NCBI GenBank assembly: GCA_015523565.1
Contig: WAKA01000151.1
Span: 1-21,099, forward strand
From: Candidatus Heimdallarchaeota archaeon
GTDB taxonomy: Archaea; Asgardarchaeota; Heimdallarchaeia; Heimdallarchaeales; Kariarchaeaceae
DNA: 21,099 nucleotides
Direction: 5' to 3'
A program made the translations under genes and the position numbers. Shown piece after piece: positions 1 through 8,471 of this stretch. The notes beneath the pieces were generated by a model. That model saw only the letters and a program-made list of their open reading frames with translations, did not search any database and was not told where the DNA came from. Positions within the stretch are counted from its first letter, which is position 1. Every line of letters begins with the position of its first letter.

Positions 1-12
1 GCCATTGCATTG

Positions 13-498
13 ATGAGTTTACTTGATGAACTTGATAAAAGACTAATTTATGAACTTAGATCAGACTGCACAAAGAGCGTTCGTGAATTGGCAAAGTCAT
101 TGGCTGAATCTCCCAGCACAATCTATAACAGAAAAAAAAGACTTGAAGACAAAGAAATTATCAGAAGATTTTCGATTAACTTGGATTTTAATCAACTCAA
201 TCTTGGGAAATCAGTCTATTTTTTAATAAAAATCAATTGGGGAGATGGAATTACAGCACAGACTGTTGCAAACCAATTGAAAGAAAAAAAGGGAGTTTTC
301 CAAGTTACTCTGATCTCAGGTAAATATGACTTATTAGTCAAAATTCGCCTTCCATCACTGGATGACCTTCCAGCATTGGTTTGGGAAGAAATAAGGACTA
401 TTGAAGGAGTTGCGGAGCTTGAACAAATGCAGGTCTATGAGGAAATACTAAAGGAAGAAGATGTATTAGACCCATTCTTTTTTGGGGAAGAAGATTGA
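13..498 (+). CDS. Lrp/AsnC family transcriptional regulator
   Basis: N-terminal HTH 'LDELDKRLIYELRSDCTKSVRELAKSLAESPSTIYNRKKRLEDKEII' and C-terminal RAM domain 'ISGKYDLLVKI'; ATG at 13 (TTG at 10 is the alternative start). Confidence 0.93.
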   Translation: MSLLDELDKRLIYELRSDCTKSVRELAKSLAESPSTIYNRKKRLEDKEIIRRFSINLDFNQLNLGKSVYFLIKINWGDGITAQTVANQLKEKKGVFQVTLISGKYDLLVKIRLPSLDDLPALVWEEIRTIEGVAELEQMQVYEEILKEEDVLDPFFFGEED

Positions 499-555
499 AC
501 TTTCTCCATATTTCATGAGCCAATATTTTTGTATCAATCTTTCGGACATGGAATA

Positions 556-885
556 ATGACAGATGCAATTGTCAAAATGGATGATTCCAATTTTGAAAAT
601 GTTTTGAAGACGCATGAAAAAGTGATTGTAGACACTTGGGCTGAATGGTGTGCACCATGTAAAGCTATTGCTCCAGTGTTTGAAAAATTGGCAAACACTT
701 ATGGGGATAAACTAACTTTTGCGAAGGTAAATACCGACGAAAACCTAAATTTTGCAAGACAGTTCAAGGTTATGTCGATTCCAACATTTCTTGTATTTGA
801 AAAAGGAAAGCTTGTCAATAGATGGTCTGGAGCAAGACCAGACAAACTGACCCAAGAAGTCAAAAAATTAGCTGGTGACGATTAG
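556..885 (+). CDS. trxA: Thioredoxin
   Basis: 'DTWAEWCAPCK' active site and 'VMSIPT' cis-Pro motif; ATG 556 preferred over TTG 529. Confidence 0.95.
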   Translation: MTDAIVKMDDSNFENVLKTHEKVIVDTWAEWCAPCKAIAPVFEKLANTYGDKLTFAKVNTDENLNFARQFKVMSIPTFLVFEKGKLVNRWSGARPDKLTQEVKKLAGDD

Positions 886-967
886 ATTTAAGGAATTCAC
901 CTATTTCTGAATCATTTAGCATACTCACAAAAATCCAAGTAATTTTTTCCATTTTAAATTTTTTACA

Positions 968-1002
968 GCAAATCCTTTATATAGAGACAATTATATATAT
1001 AA
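968..1002 (+). promoter_or_regulatory. Archaeal BRE/TATA elements upstream of tfb
   Basis: GCAAATCC followed by TTTATATA (976-983), and a second palindromic TTATATATATAA (991-1002) about 30 nt before ATG 1031. Confidence 0.55.
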
Positions 1003-1030
1003 ACATAACAGGCACAAAAAAGTACCACCG

Positions 1031-2032
1031 ATGGTGGTAAATTTTTTGGAGAGGAACATCATGAGAGAAACATGCTCAGACTGTGGTAGCACTAAAATAA
1101 TCGAACGGTATAGGGAAGGAACAATGGTTTGTGGAGATTGCGGACTTGTCATTGACACCATAATTGACACTAGTTCTGAAATAAGAAGTTCCGTAAGCTC
1201 ATCAGGGAACATAATTGAAAGAACAGGAAGTCCAATCTCCAATCTTCGACCTGACATGGGATTTTCAACAGAAATTGGCAATCAGTCAAGGGACGCCTAT
1301 GGGACTAGAATCTCAGCCTTAACAAGGGAACGGATGAGAAGACTTAGGTGGCTTAATTCAAGGACGTCAAAGTCAGAGATAAGAAATTTGAGGGTTGCCT
1401 TAAGGGAATTGAAAAGATTGGCAGCTGCTCTTCAACTTTCCCAAGACACTGCATCAACTGCATCAATGTACTACAGAAAGGCGCTCAAGGCAAAATTAAT
1501 TAGAGGGAGATCAATCAACTCCATGATTGCCGCAGCAGTTTATTTGGCCGCCAGAAAACACAATTTTGCCATAGTCATAAAGGATCTCGAAGAAGTAAGT
1601 ACAGTCCCCAAGAAAATCATTGCAAGATGCATGAGAGTTTATATGCAAGAGCTGAAAATCAAACCAGAACCAACCAATCCCGAAATGATGGTTTCTAGGT
1701 TGGCTAGTAAATTGGAGTTGACACCCGCCACTCAAAAGGAAGCCTTGAAAATTTTGAGACAAACAAGAAATAGGAGATTGGATATGGGCAAATCCCCAAT
1801 GTCAATTGCCGCGGCCGCAATTTATTTGGCCTGCTTGAGAACTGGAGAAAGAAGGACACAACAAATGGTTTCACAAGCAGCCATGACTACACCAGTCACT
1901 TTGAGAAATCGCTACAGAGAAATTTCACAGGCGTTGACAATTGATGTAGAAGTCAAGAGAGGCGCGGCGGCAACACCCGTTTATTTCAAATCACCCTATG
2001 ACCGTGACGTACCCACTCGAAAAGAAAAATAG
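1031..2032 (+). CDS. tfb: Transcription initiation factor IIB (TFB), divergent paralog
   Basis: Zn ribbon CSDC...CGDCG; 'ERTGSP' linker; cyclin repeats 'LIRGRSINSMIAAAVYLAAR' and 'GKSPMSIAAAAIYLA'; HTH 'VTLRNRYREI'. Confidence 0.95.
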   Translation: MVVNFLERNIMRETCSDCGSTKIIERYREGTMVCGDCGLVIDTIIDTSSEIRSSVSSSGNIIERTGSPISNLRPDMGFSTEIGNQSRDAYGTRISALTRERMRRLRWLNSRTSKSEIRNLRVALRELKRLAAALQLSQDTASTASMYYRKALKAKLIRGRSINSMIAAAVYLAARKHNFAIVIKDLEEVSTVPKKIIARCMRVYMQELKIKPEPTNPEMMVSRLASKLELTPATQKEALKILRQTRNRRLDMGKSPMSIAAAAIYLACLRTGERRTQQMVSQAAMTTPVTLRNRYREISQALTIDVEVKRGAAATPVYFKSPYDRDVPTRKEK

Positions 2033-2124
2033 AATGAAATACCTCTCCAATTAATAAAAGTGAAAGAACCTGTCCTAAACGAATTATCTTTATATTAGTC
2101 AAATCAAAAACCGATTAAAGAGGA

Positions 2125-2925
2125 TTGAATATGGACGTTTTTGCAATAGCAACCCAAAAGCCAGTCACATGTAAACCAAACGAGATTCTAGGAAATGCAG
2201 TTTTAATTATGGCCGAAAAAAAATTCAGAAGACTTCCAGTTGTAATTGATGAACAACTAGTAGGGATTATTACAGCCAATGATACCTTGAAGGCATTGGA
2301 AGATGAGGGAATGCAGGCATTAACCAAAGAAGTTTCAGATTTCATGGTACATGACCCGATTGCGGTCAATAGAACAACAAGTTTAGGAGAGGCAACACAA
2401 ATCATGTTTGAACATGAATTTGGAGGATTGCCTATTGTAGATGATGATTTTATACTTGTGGGGATTATAACAGAAAGGGATCTAGTAAAAGAATTTGTTG
2501 AATCAATAATAGATGCAAATCTTTCTGACTTTGTTGCACAACCTGTGACTGCAAGTTTTACAAAGTCAAAAATTAAGACAGTCATCAAGAGAATGACAAA
2601 AAATAAGACTAGTAGAGTATTGCTTACAAGTTCATCAAAGTCAAAGTTGAAGGGGATCATATCATCTTCAGACATTTTGTCATATGTTGCAGACAAGTAC
2701 ATTAGGGAACATATTGATGATCAGGAATTGGAATTGCCTGCAAAGGAGATTGCAGCCACAAATCTGATAACAGTGAACATCAATTCATCTGTCAAGGAGG
2801 TTGCAGACGTATTGTCCAAACATAATTTCGGAGGAGTTCCTGTAGTTGACGATAATGGCGATTTAGTTGGTATCTTTTCAGAAAGGGATTTATTGCACAT
2901 CATTGGAATGTATGGATTGTTCTAG
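2125..2925 (+). CDS. CBS-domain protein (four CBS domains)
   Basis: Repeated motifs 'RRLPVV..LVGIIT..D', 'GGLPIVD..LVGIITERD', 'LKGIISSSD', 'GGVPVVD..LVGIFSERD'; TATA-like CTTTATAT near 2089; start TTG 2125 or ATG 2131. Confidence 0.93.
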   Translation: MNMDVFAIATQKPVTCKPNEILGNAVLIMAEKKFRRLPVVIDEQLVGIITANDTLKALEDEGMQALTKEVSDFMVHDPIAVNRTTSLGEATQIMFEHEFGGLPIVDDDFILVGIITERDLVKEFVESIIDANLSDFVAQPVTASFTKSKIKTVIKRMTKNKTSRVLLTSSSKSKLKGIISSSDILSYVADKYIREHIDDQELELPAKEIAATNLITVNINSSVKEVADVLSKHNFGGVPVVDDNGDLVGIFSERDLLHIIGMYGLF

Positions 2926-2936
2926 GTGGATATTGA

Positions 2937-3602
2937 TTGAATGAGGAATTGATCCAATTCTTTCAAGAAGTTAAATTCACACTTGAAACAAGAAAAGAAA
3001 GACTTGTAGATAGGAAAATACAAAAGATAAAAAGGGAAGGAGCAGTACTTGTTCCTTTGATAGTGATGCCCAGTGTTAAAAAAATTGAGGAGATATATCT
3101 TATATTAGTGAAAAGATCAAATCAAATGCGAAACAACCCAGGAGACATGGCATTTCCTGGTGGAATTGCCGACAAGGGTGAAACACCAAAGGAAACTGCA
3201 CTTCGAGAAGCAACAGAAGAGATTGGAATTAATGGTGATGAAGTTGAAATACTGGGATTAATGGATGAATTTGTTTCGCAAAGTAACACATTGGTTAGAG
3301 CAGTAATAGGGAAACTTGAATTACAAAGGAACATGGACCTGCAAGAATTGTTTGATCCAAAAACTAAAGAGAATACGGTTACGCTAGCAATCCCCTTGGA
3401 ACATTTTTTAAACAAGAACAATTATTATAGTGAACCTTATTTGAAACAATTAAATGGCAAAGTCAAAAAGGGGTACATCAGGTATTTTGACATCAATGAT
3501 TATCTTCCAGGAGAAAAGGTTTGGGGGTTAACTGCAACAATCATACGACGGTTTTTAGATTTGCATTTTAACCATGACCTTCCGGAAGAGCCATTATACT
3601 AA
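2937..3602 (+). CDS. Nudix hydrolase, CoA pyrophosphatase subfamily (NudL/NUDT7-like)
   Basis: Nudix box G-IADKG-E-TPKETAL-REATEEIGI, preceded by the CoA-Nudix motif 'LVKRSNQMRNNPGDMAFPGG'; C-terminal 'VWGLTA'. Confidence 0.9.
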   Translation: MNEELIQFFQEVKFTLETRKERLVDRKIQKIKREGAVLVPLIVMPSVKKIEEIYLILVKRSNQMRNNPGDMAFPGGIADKGETPKETALREATEEIGINGDEVEILGLMDEFVSQSNTLVRAVIGKLELQRNMDLQELFDPKTKENTVTLAIPLEHFLNKNNYYSEPYLKQLNGKVKKGYIRYFDINDYLPGEKVWGLTATIIRRFLDLHFNHDLPEEPLY

Positions 3603-3640
3603 CAAAATGAATTTTTCTTACGGAAAATGTGCTTTTGCTT

Positions 3641-3658
3641 TGCAATGATTTATTATAC
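3641..3658 (+). promoter_or_regulatory. Putative BRE/TATA promoter of the SNARE-like gene
   Basis: GCAATGA then TTTATTAT (3649-3656), about 23 nt before ATG 3679, consistent with a leaderless transcript. Confidence 0.45.
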
Positions 3659-3675
3659 TAAGTAACTAAATTAAT

Positions 3676-4407
3676 GTGATGAGTGTTACCCATAAAAAAA
3701 AGGAAAAGAAATCCATATTGAAGAAAATTGGGGAAAAACTAGGAAAGAAGGAAAGTACAGATGATCTTATTGAAGAAACATTGACTGAACTAAAAGACAT
3801 TGTTAGTTCAATGAAAGATGTTTTTGAGGAATTTGACGAGTCATACACAGAAACACTAAAACAGAAAAGAGGGACATTAGGTAAGCTAAAGTCAACACTT
3901 CCTTCTTTTATGAAACCTGATGAGATAAAGAGGGAGGAGAAAAGACTTCAAAAAATAAGGAGAAACAAATCAACTCTTGCGGCACTTGAGGATTCAATTG
4001 CTAAATTGGATATTGCCTTGAGAACCTCCCGAAAGAATTATGAAGAAATTGGAGATGCCTATCTTAATTTAGTGAAAATGGAAGCTGGGGGGAAGGAGGA
4101 TGAAGCGATCAAAAAGGTTGAAGAACGGATGAATCAATTGGAGGGGAATATTGCAGAGGCAATGAGTCAGTTGACTGCACAGATTGGTTTAATTAAAAAT
4201 TCATTGGATAATATGGCGGGACAGTTGGAAGAGCAGGGCGTAATAATAAAGGGGATCGATGAAAAGGTGGATGTGCTGGATTCGAAACTTGATAAGGCCC
4301 AGCAATTGATAAAAGAGGTTAGCAGAAAGATTACAGGGAACCGTGTAATTATTTTAATTGCAATTACAGCCATTTCAACAGTTATTTTAAGTGGAATGAT
4401 AAAGTGA
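3676..4407 (+). CDS. Tail-anchored SNARE-motif (Q-SNARE/syntaxin-like) protein
   Basis: Helical N-terminal region; heptad motif M163-V215 with central Q187 in 'NMAGQLEEQGVIIKGIDEKV'; short basic linker; single C-terminal TM V224-I242; no signal peptide. Start GTG 3676 or ATG 3679. Confidence 0.8.
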   Translation: MMSVTHKKKEKKSILKKIGEKLGKKESTDDLIEETLTELKDIVSSMKDVFEEFDESYTETLKQKRGTLGKLKSTLPSFMKPDEIKREEKRLQKIRRNKSTLAALEDSIAKLDIALRTSRKNYEEIGDAYLNLVKMEAGGKEDEAIKKVEERMNQLEGNIAEAMSQLTAQIGLIKNSLDNMAGQLEEQGVIIKGIDEKVDVLDSKLDKAQQLIKEVSRKITGNRVIILIAITAISTVILSGMIK

Positions 4408-4456
4408 GCAAAACCTAAAATAATCATAAATAGGATAAAATGATTATTGATACGAG

Positions 4457-5506
4457 GTGAAAAGTATTCCTTTAGACATAGAAAAAACAAAAAATTATCA
4501 AGAAGCAGTAAGAACAAAGAAACTTTTGGAACTATTAAGGTATTATTATCAGACACAAGAAAAATTTGATGAAATGGATCTAGGTGACTTTTCCATTAGG
4601 GACCTCCTTCTTTTCATGAGTGACTATGGATTTCCAAAAAGACAATTCGTTGAAGATGTAAAGCCAATTCTTGATCAGATTAATGAAGAAATAAAAACAT
4701 TGGAGGAGAAACTCAAACTTGCCAGATTAAGGGAAATAGAAGATAAAAACCTCAATTCACTCTTGATAATCCCATCGTGGTCTGAACTTATTGGGCGTAA
4801 AACATTGGGTTTCTATCTTAATAGACCAGTTATAGAAATCAGGAAAGATACAATTATTATGCTTAACAATGAGATAGAGATCGTTTTGGATAAACTTGAG
4901 CAGGAAATTGCCATGATAACTGGACCAGGAATACTATTCACAGAATTTAGTTTGGATAAGGGAAAGTTCATCACAAATGTAAGAGAAATCAATATGCTGA
5001 TTTTGCCGATGGAACTTTTCGAGAAAATGATGAATGCCCCCCCTATTTTTGAAGGGGAAATCCATGGAAGCACAATTAATGAAATGGTGACATTAATTCC
5101 ATTTTCAATTATTGAAGAGGCATATTCCATTCAAGCCATGCTCAGAGGAGTTATTTCAAGAAATATTTTTCTTCCCAACAAACCAGCCATTGATGCATTC
5201 AACAATTTAATTAAAGACACACATTCATTTCATGTAAGTAATGGATACAGTATTTTGTCTGCACATCCAGACTATTTCAACAGATTATTGCTGACAGGAG
5301 ATAAAAACCCCAATGCAATTACAATTGGAGACAGTTCATATTCATTGTCAAGCGCAGGCATAGCGTCAATAGTGGATGGGAGAAAATTATTGAATGAACT
5401 CATTCCAGAAAAATCAAAACAGGAAAATCTTCTTCTGAAAATTCGAGATGTTAAATTCCAATACATCAAAACTGGAGAAAGCCTAATTTACGATTGGATG
5501 CCTTAA
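4457..5506 (+). CDS. Hypothetical soluble protein (349 aa) with an N-terminal coiled coil
   Basis: Long ORF, same strand as the SNARE-like gene and 49 nt downstream; coiled-coil stretch 'ILDQINEEIKTLEEKLKLARLREIE'; no family recognised. Confidence 0.8.
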   Translation: MKSIPLDIEKTKNYQEAVRTKKLLELLRYYYQTQEKFDEMDLGDFSIRDLLLFMSDYGFPKRQFVEDVKPILDQINEEIKTLEEKLKLARLREIEDKNLNSLLIIPSWSELIGRKTLGFYLNRPVIEIRKDTIIMLNNEIEIVLDKLEQEIAMITGPGILFTEFSLDKGKFITNVREINMLILPMELFEKMMNAPPIFEGEIHGSTINEMVTLIPFSIIEEAYSIQAMLRGVISRNIFLPNKPAIDAFNNLIKDTHSFHVSNGYSILSAHPDYFNRLLLTGDKNPNAITIGDSSYSLSSAGIASIVDGRKLLNELIPEKSKQENLLLKIRDVKFQYIKTGESLIYDWMP

Positions 5507-5607
5507 AATATTTTTGTGTAAATTTGGATGCATTTTCCTTAAGAACATATTGAATTTTTATCGAAGGAGTTTTGATATATTGTTTCATTATTCGAATGAC
5601 TAGCATT

Positions 5608-5632
5608 TCCCTTTTTGATTTTCAAAAAAGGA
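5608..5632. terminator. Imperfect hairpin between convergent genes (possible terminator)
   Basis: TCCCTTTTTGA-TTT-TCAAAAAAGGA inverted repeat (one mismatch) with T-tracts on both strands, in the 5507-5728 convergent gap. Confidence 0.3.
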
Positions 5633-5728
5633 TTGATAAGAGATTTTCCATTAAATTGAATCCCTGCTGAAATACCATACCATTTTTTCGAAAGAATAAT
5701 AAGTTAATAAATAGAACTTGTGCATTTA

Positions 5729-6802
5729 TTAATGGAAAGAACCTAAAGACATTGCTTTTTTTGACGAGGCGGAAGATTGCAGGGCAACAAGAACACGTTG
5801 TAGATTATAGCCATCTGTAAAATTAGGGCTTAAAGACCGACCCGTTTTTATCCCTGCTGAAAAATCATGCAAAAGCTTGTAAAATGGACCAACTAAAGGA
5901 TGGACATTTTCAAAATGAGGAATTGAATGGTTTGACGGGATTTTGAGGAGTTTAGGCTTATCATCTTCACTTAATCGTCCTCCCCAAACTCGCCCATGTT
6001 CATCAATCGAAAGACATCCTTCCTCACCATAAAATTCAATGGTAGTTCCCTTACCAAAAGGGGAAACTGAACTTGCCTGCATAATTCCAGAGGTAGTGCC
6101 TGCGATTTCAAAAATAGCACTGAAAGAATCATCTGCCGATACCTGTTTCATTTTGCCTGTCTTTTTGTTTAACCTTTTTTTGACATGGGTTACAGGTTGT
6201 CCATAAACCCGATCGATGCGCCCAAAAACTTGAATTAAAAGGTCAATATAATGAGACCCAATAGAGAAAAGCACACCTCCACCTTCCGATTTTTCACTCC
6301 ACCAATTGTATCCTCTTTTTCTTGGATTGATACGACTTGAGTTTCGAAGTATGATTGTGAAGTCACGTATTTCTCCGATATAACCTGATTTCAACAATTC
6401 AAGAAGATATGAGCGGTTGGGGATATAACGGAATTCCAAATTGACCATCCCAATCAAACCGTGCTCCTCGATGCTATTTCGCATACGTTCCGCATCCTTC
6501 AATGTGACACTTAATGGTTTCTCACAAAGGACATGCTTATTTTCTTCAATTGCACTAAGAACCATTTCAGAATGATATTTCGGAGGGGTAACAATGCTTA
6601 CTACATCAATTTCAGGGTTTGAAACCACTTCTTTCCAATTGGTGGACCATTGAGGGGCATCAATCCGTTTTGCAATTACTTTGGTTTTTTGGGGATCTTG
6701 TCCTGCAATAATAATAGGATCAAAGTCTGGATGCAATTGAAATCCTGGATAATGTACCAAAGAACCAAAACCTGTTCCGATTATACCAACCTTTAGAACC
6801 AT
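5729..6802 (-). CDS. Gfo/Idh/MocA family NAD(P)-dependent oxidoreductase
   Basis: 'VGIIGTGFG' Rossmann motif, 'KHVLCEKP', 'GGGVLFSIGSHYIDL'. Confidence 0.95.
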   Translation of the reverse strand: MVLKVGIIGTGFGSLVHYPGFQLHPDFDPIIIAGQDPQKTKVIAKRIDAPQWSTNWKEVVSNPEIDVVSIVTPPKYHSEMVLSAIEENKHVLCEKPLSVTLKDAERMRNSIEEHGLIGMVNLEFRYIPNRSYLLELLKSGYIGEIRDFTIILRNSSRINPRKRGYNWWSEKSEGGGVLFSIGSHYIDLLIQVFGRIDRVYGQPVTHVKKRLNKKTGKMKQVSADDSFSAIFEIAGTTSGIMQASSVSPFGKGTTIEFYGEEGCLSIDEHGRVWGGRLSEDDKPKLLKIPSNHSIPHFENVHPLVGPFYKLLHDFSAGIKTGRSLSPNFTDGYNLQRVLVALQSSASSKKAMSLGSFH

Positions 6803-6969
6803 ACCTTATGCAAACACGGAATTTATTCTTATTAAACAATATGGAGTAAATAAAATATTAAGCAATGAATTAAAAGGCATTTCTTAAATATATATTTTTC
6901 TGTTTTCCCGATCCTAGTAATCCTACAATCTTTATATTATATATTTTGTTAGACTATAATTGTGATTTC

Positions 6970-8274
6970 ATGGGAGAAAAGAGATTAAAATCAAATCAAG
7001 ATGACGATCTTGTTGCTCAATTGATTGATGAAATTGGCGGCAATAAGCTGACCATTTCGTTTACGAATCCCAAAGCCCCCATATTCCTTAAAAAAAATGG
7101 GAGGGGACGCATTTCATCGATTACTTTCAACAAACCTGCCACAGTTGTTCCATCTTCAATCTTTCATTTCCCTAGTTTAGAAAGGCTTTTCTTGAAAATC
7201 AAACCTAAGGATTCAGTTGAATTGCAGAAATTTGTATCAGGCAATCTGAAAGAGTTTCAACTTGAATTGGTCAATAAAGGTAAGCATGTTAACGGATTGG
7301 AAAATCTAAAATCAGGAAATAATCTGGAATTTGTTAAAATCAAGAACATATTTAAATTGAAATCATCCAACCTTCCACCTGCAAAAAAAACAGTGATACA
7401 GGAATGTACATTGGAACTTAATTCACCAATCATCAGTGAATGGGTGATTCTAGACAATTCGACAATTCAAGGGTCTAAAAATTCTAAGAAGGAACTTGAC
7501 TCAAGAAATTGCAAAGGGTTAAGGATAATCAATACAAGGTTCATGTTGAAACAGCCTCTTTCCAAGTTGTTTTCAGGTGTTAGATCGTTGATTATAGCCA
7601 ATTCAGAATTTTCATACAAAAAACTTGAATTGGAACTTCTTCCATTAAATCAATTGATAATTGAAAATACAGAAATCGATCCACCAAAGTCATTGGCACA
7701 CACAAACCTAGAGAATCTTAGTTTATGCAATTTAAATTGGAAAAGACTCCCCTTGTTACCTCGATCGATTAAATCAATTGTATTAAAAGACCTTCCAGAT
7801 GTTAAGTTGTTCGAATCAATTTCTTCTGATGTCAAGCTTCATTATGAGAACGTGAAAGTCAAAAGCCAAAATGACCTATTGAAAAGATTGAATGGGATAA
7901 TATCAATTAACACATCAAAATTGGTGTGCTATGATGTTATCAAATATTGGCTTAAGTTCATTGATTCATGTCTTTATAGCTCTGCGAATAGAAGTTTAAC
8001 CATAAACAATAAAATGCATTTTTTGCGAAGGGATTTGAGATTCAAAGAAGAAAGAAAACCATCATGGGATGTAAGCCCAATGCCAGGTGAATTTATCATT
8101 ACCCCCATAAAAAACAAACGATATCACTATATAATGTTTGTTTTTTTGGATTTTGACACACAAATTTGGCCAGTGGCAAAGATTGAATTTAAGACACAAG
8201 ATATTAAACCTCTGATCAATGGATTGAAGGCAAAGGATTTTTATGTTGTAGAAGATGAAGAATTCAACATATAA
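6970..8274 (+). CDS. Degenerate leucine-rich-repeat-like protein
   Basis: LxxLxL-type units 'FPSLERLFL', 'NLKEFQLE', 'LNQLIIENTEI', 'NLENLSLCNLNWKRLPLLPRSIKSIVL'; ATG 6970 lies downstream of TATA-like CTTTATAT (TTG 6946 is the alternative start). Confidence 0.55.
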   Translation: MGEKRLKSNQDDDLVAQLIDEIGGNKLTISFTNPKAPIFLKKNGRGRISSITFNKPATVVPSSIFHFPSLERLFLKIKPKDSVELQKFVSGNLKEFQLELVNKGKHVNGLENLKSGNNLEFVKIKNIFKLKSSNLPPAKKTVIQECTLELNSPIISEWVILDNSTIQGSKNSKKELDSRNCKGLRIINTRFMLKQPLSKLFSGVRSLIIANSEFSYKKLELELLPLNQLIIENTEIDPPKSLAHTNLENLSLCNLNWKRLPLLPRSIKSIVLKDLPDVKLFESISSDVKLHYENVKVKSQNDLLKRLNGIISINTSKLVCYDVIKYWLKFIDSCLYSSANRSLTINNKMHFLRRDLRFKEERKPSWDVSPMPGEFIITPIKNKRYHYIMFVFLDFDTQIWPVAKIEFKTQDIKPLINGLKAKDFYVVEDEEFNI

Positions 8275-8370
8275 GTCAGAAGCCTTTTGTAATTTACCAA
8301 AAAAGAAACAATGCATCTAGAATATAAAGGAAAATTATTTAACAAGCAAATCATTTAAGAATTTGGTAAA

Positions 8371-8471
8371 GGGCTTGTGGTGAAGTGGAATCACATTGGC
8401 CTTCGGAGCCAACGTCCCGGGTTCGAAACATTAAATTTTGCGGATTTGATGCGAATGTCCCGGCAAGCCCT
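8371..8471 (+). tRNA. tRNA-Arg(UCG) containing a 30-nt T-loop intron
   Basis: Acceptor GGGCTTG/CAAGCCC; D-arm GTGA-AGTGGAA-TCAC (G15, G18G19, Arg identity element A20); anticodon arm TTGGC-CTTCGGA-GCCAA with anticodon TCG at 8403-8405; T-stem CCGGG/CCCGG; T-loop TTCGAA|intron|T; CCA not encoded. Confidence 0.95.
8428..8457 (+). other. Non-canonical tRNA intron at position 59/60 (BHB motif)
   Basis: Central 4-bp helix TTCG/CGAA, 3-nt bulges AAA and TGT, flanked by the T-stem and the intron stem CATTAAATT/GATTTGATG. Cutting after the 2nd base of each bulge restores TTCGAAT. Confidence 0.92.

Noticed and set aside
875-910. GTGACGA...CTGA box C/D-like pair after trxA
   Set aside because: Only about 36 nt long, with no internal boxes and no convincing terminal stem.
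5507-5728. 222-nt convergent intergenic gap as a hidden gene
   Set aside because: No convincing ORF, tRNA or box motif found; only a weak hairpin.
8371-8471. tRNA as an integration (att) site for an island
   Set aside because: No duplicated tRNA end and no integrase seen in the window.
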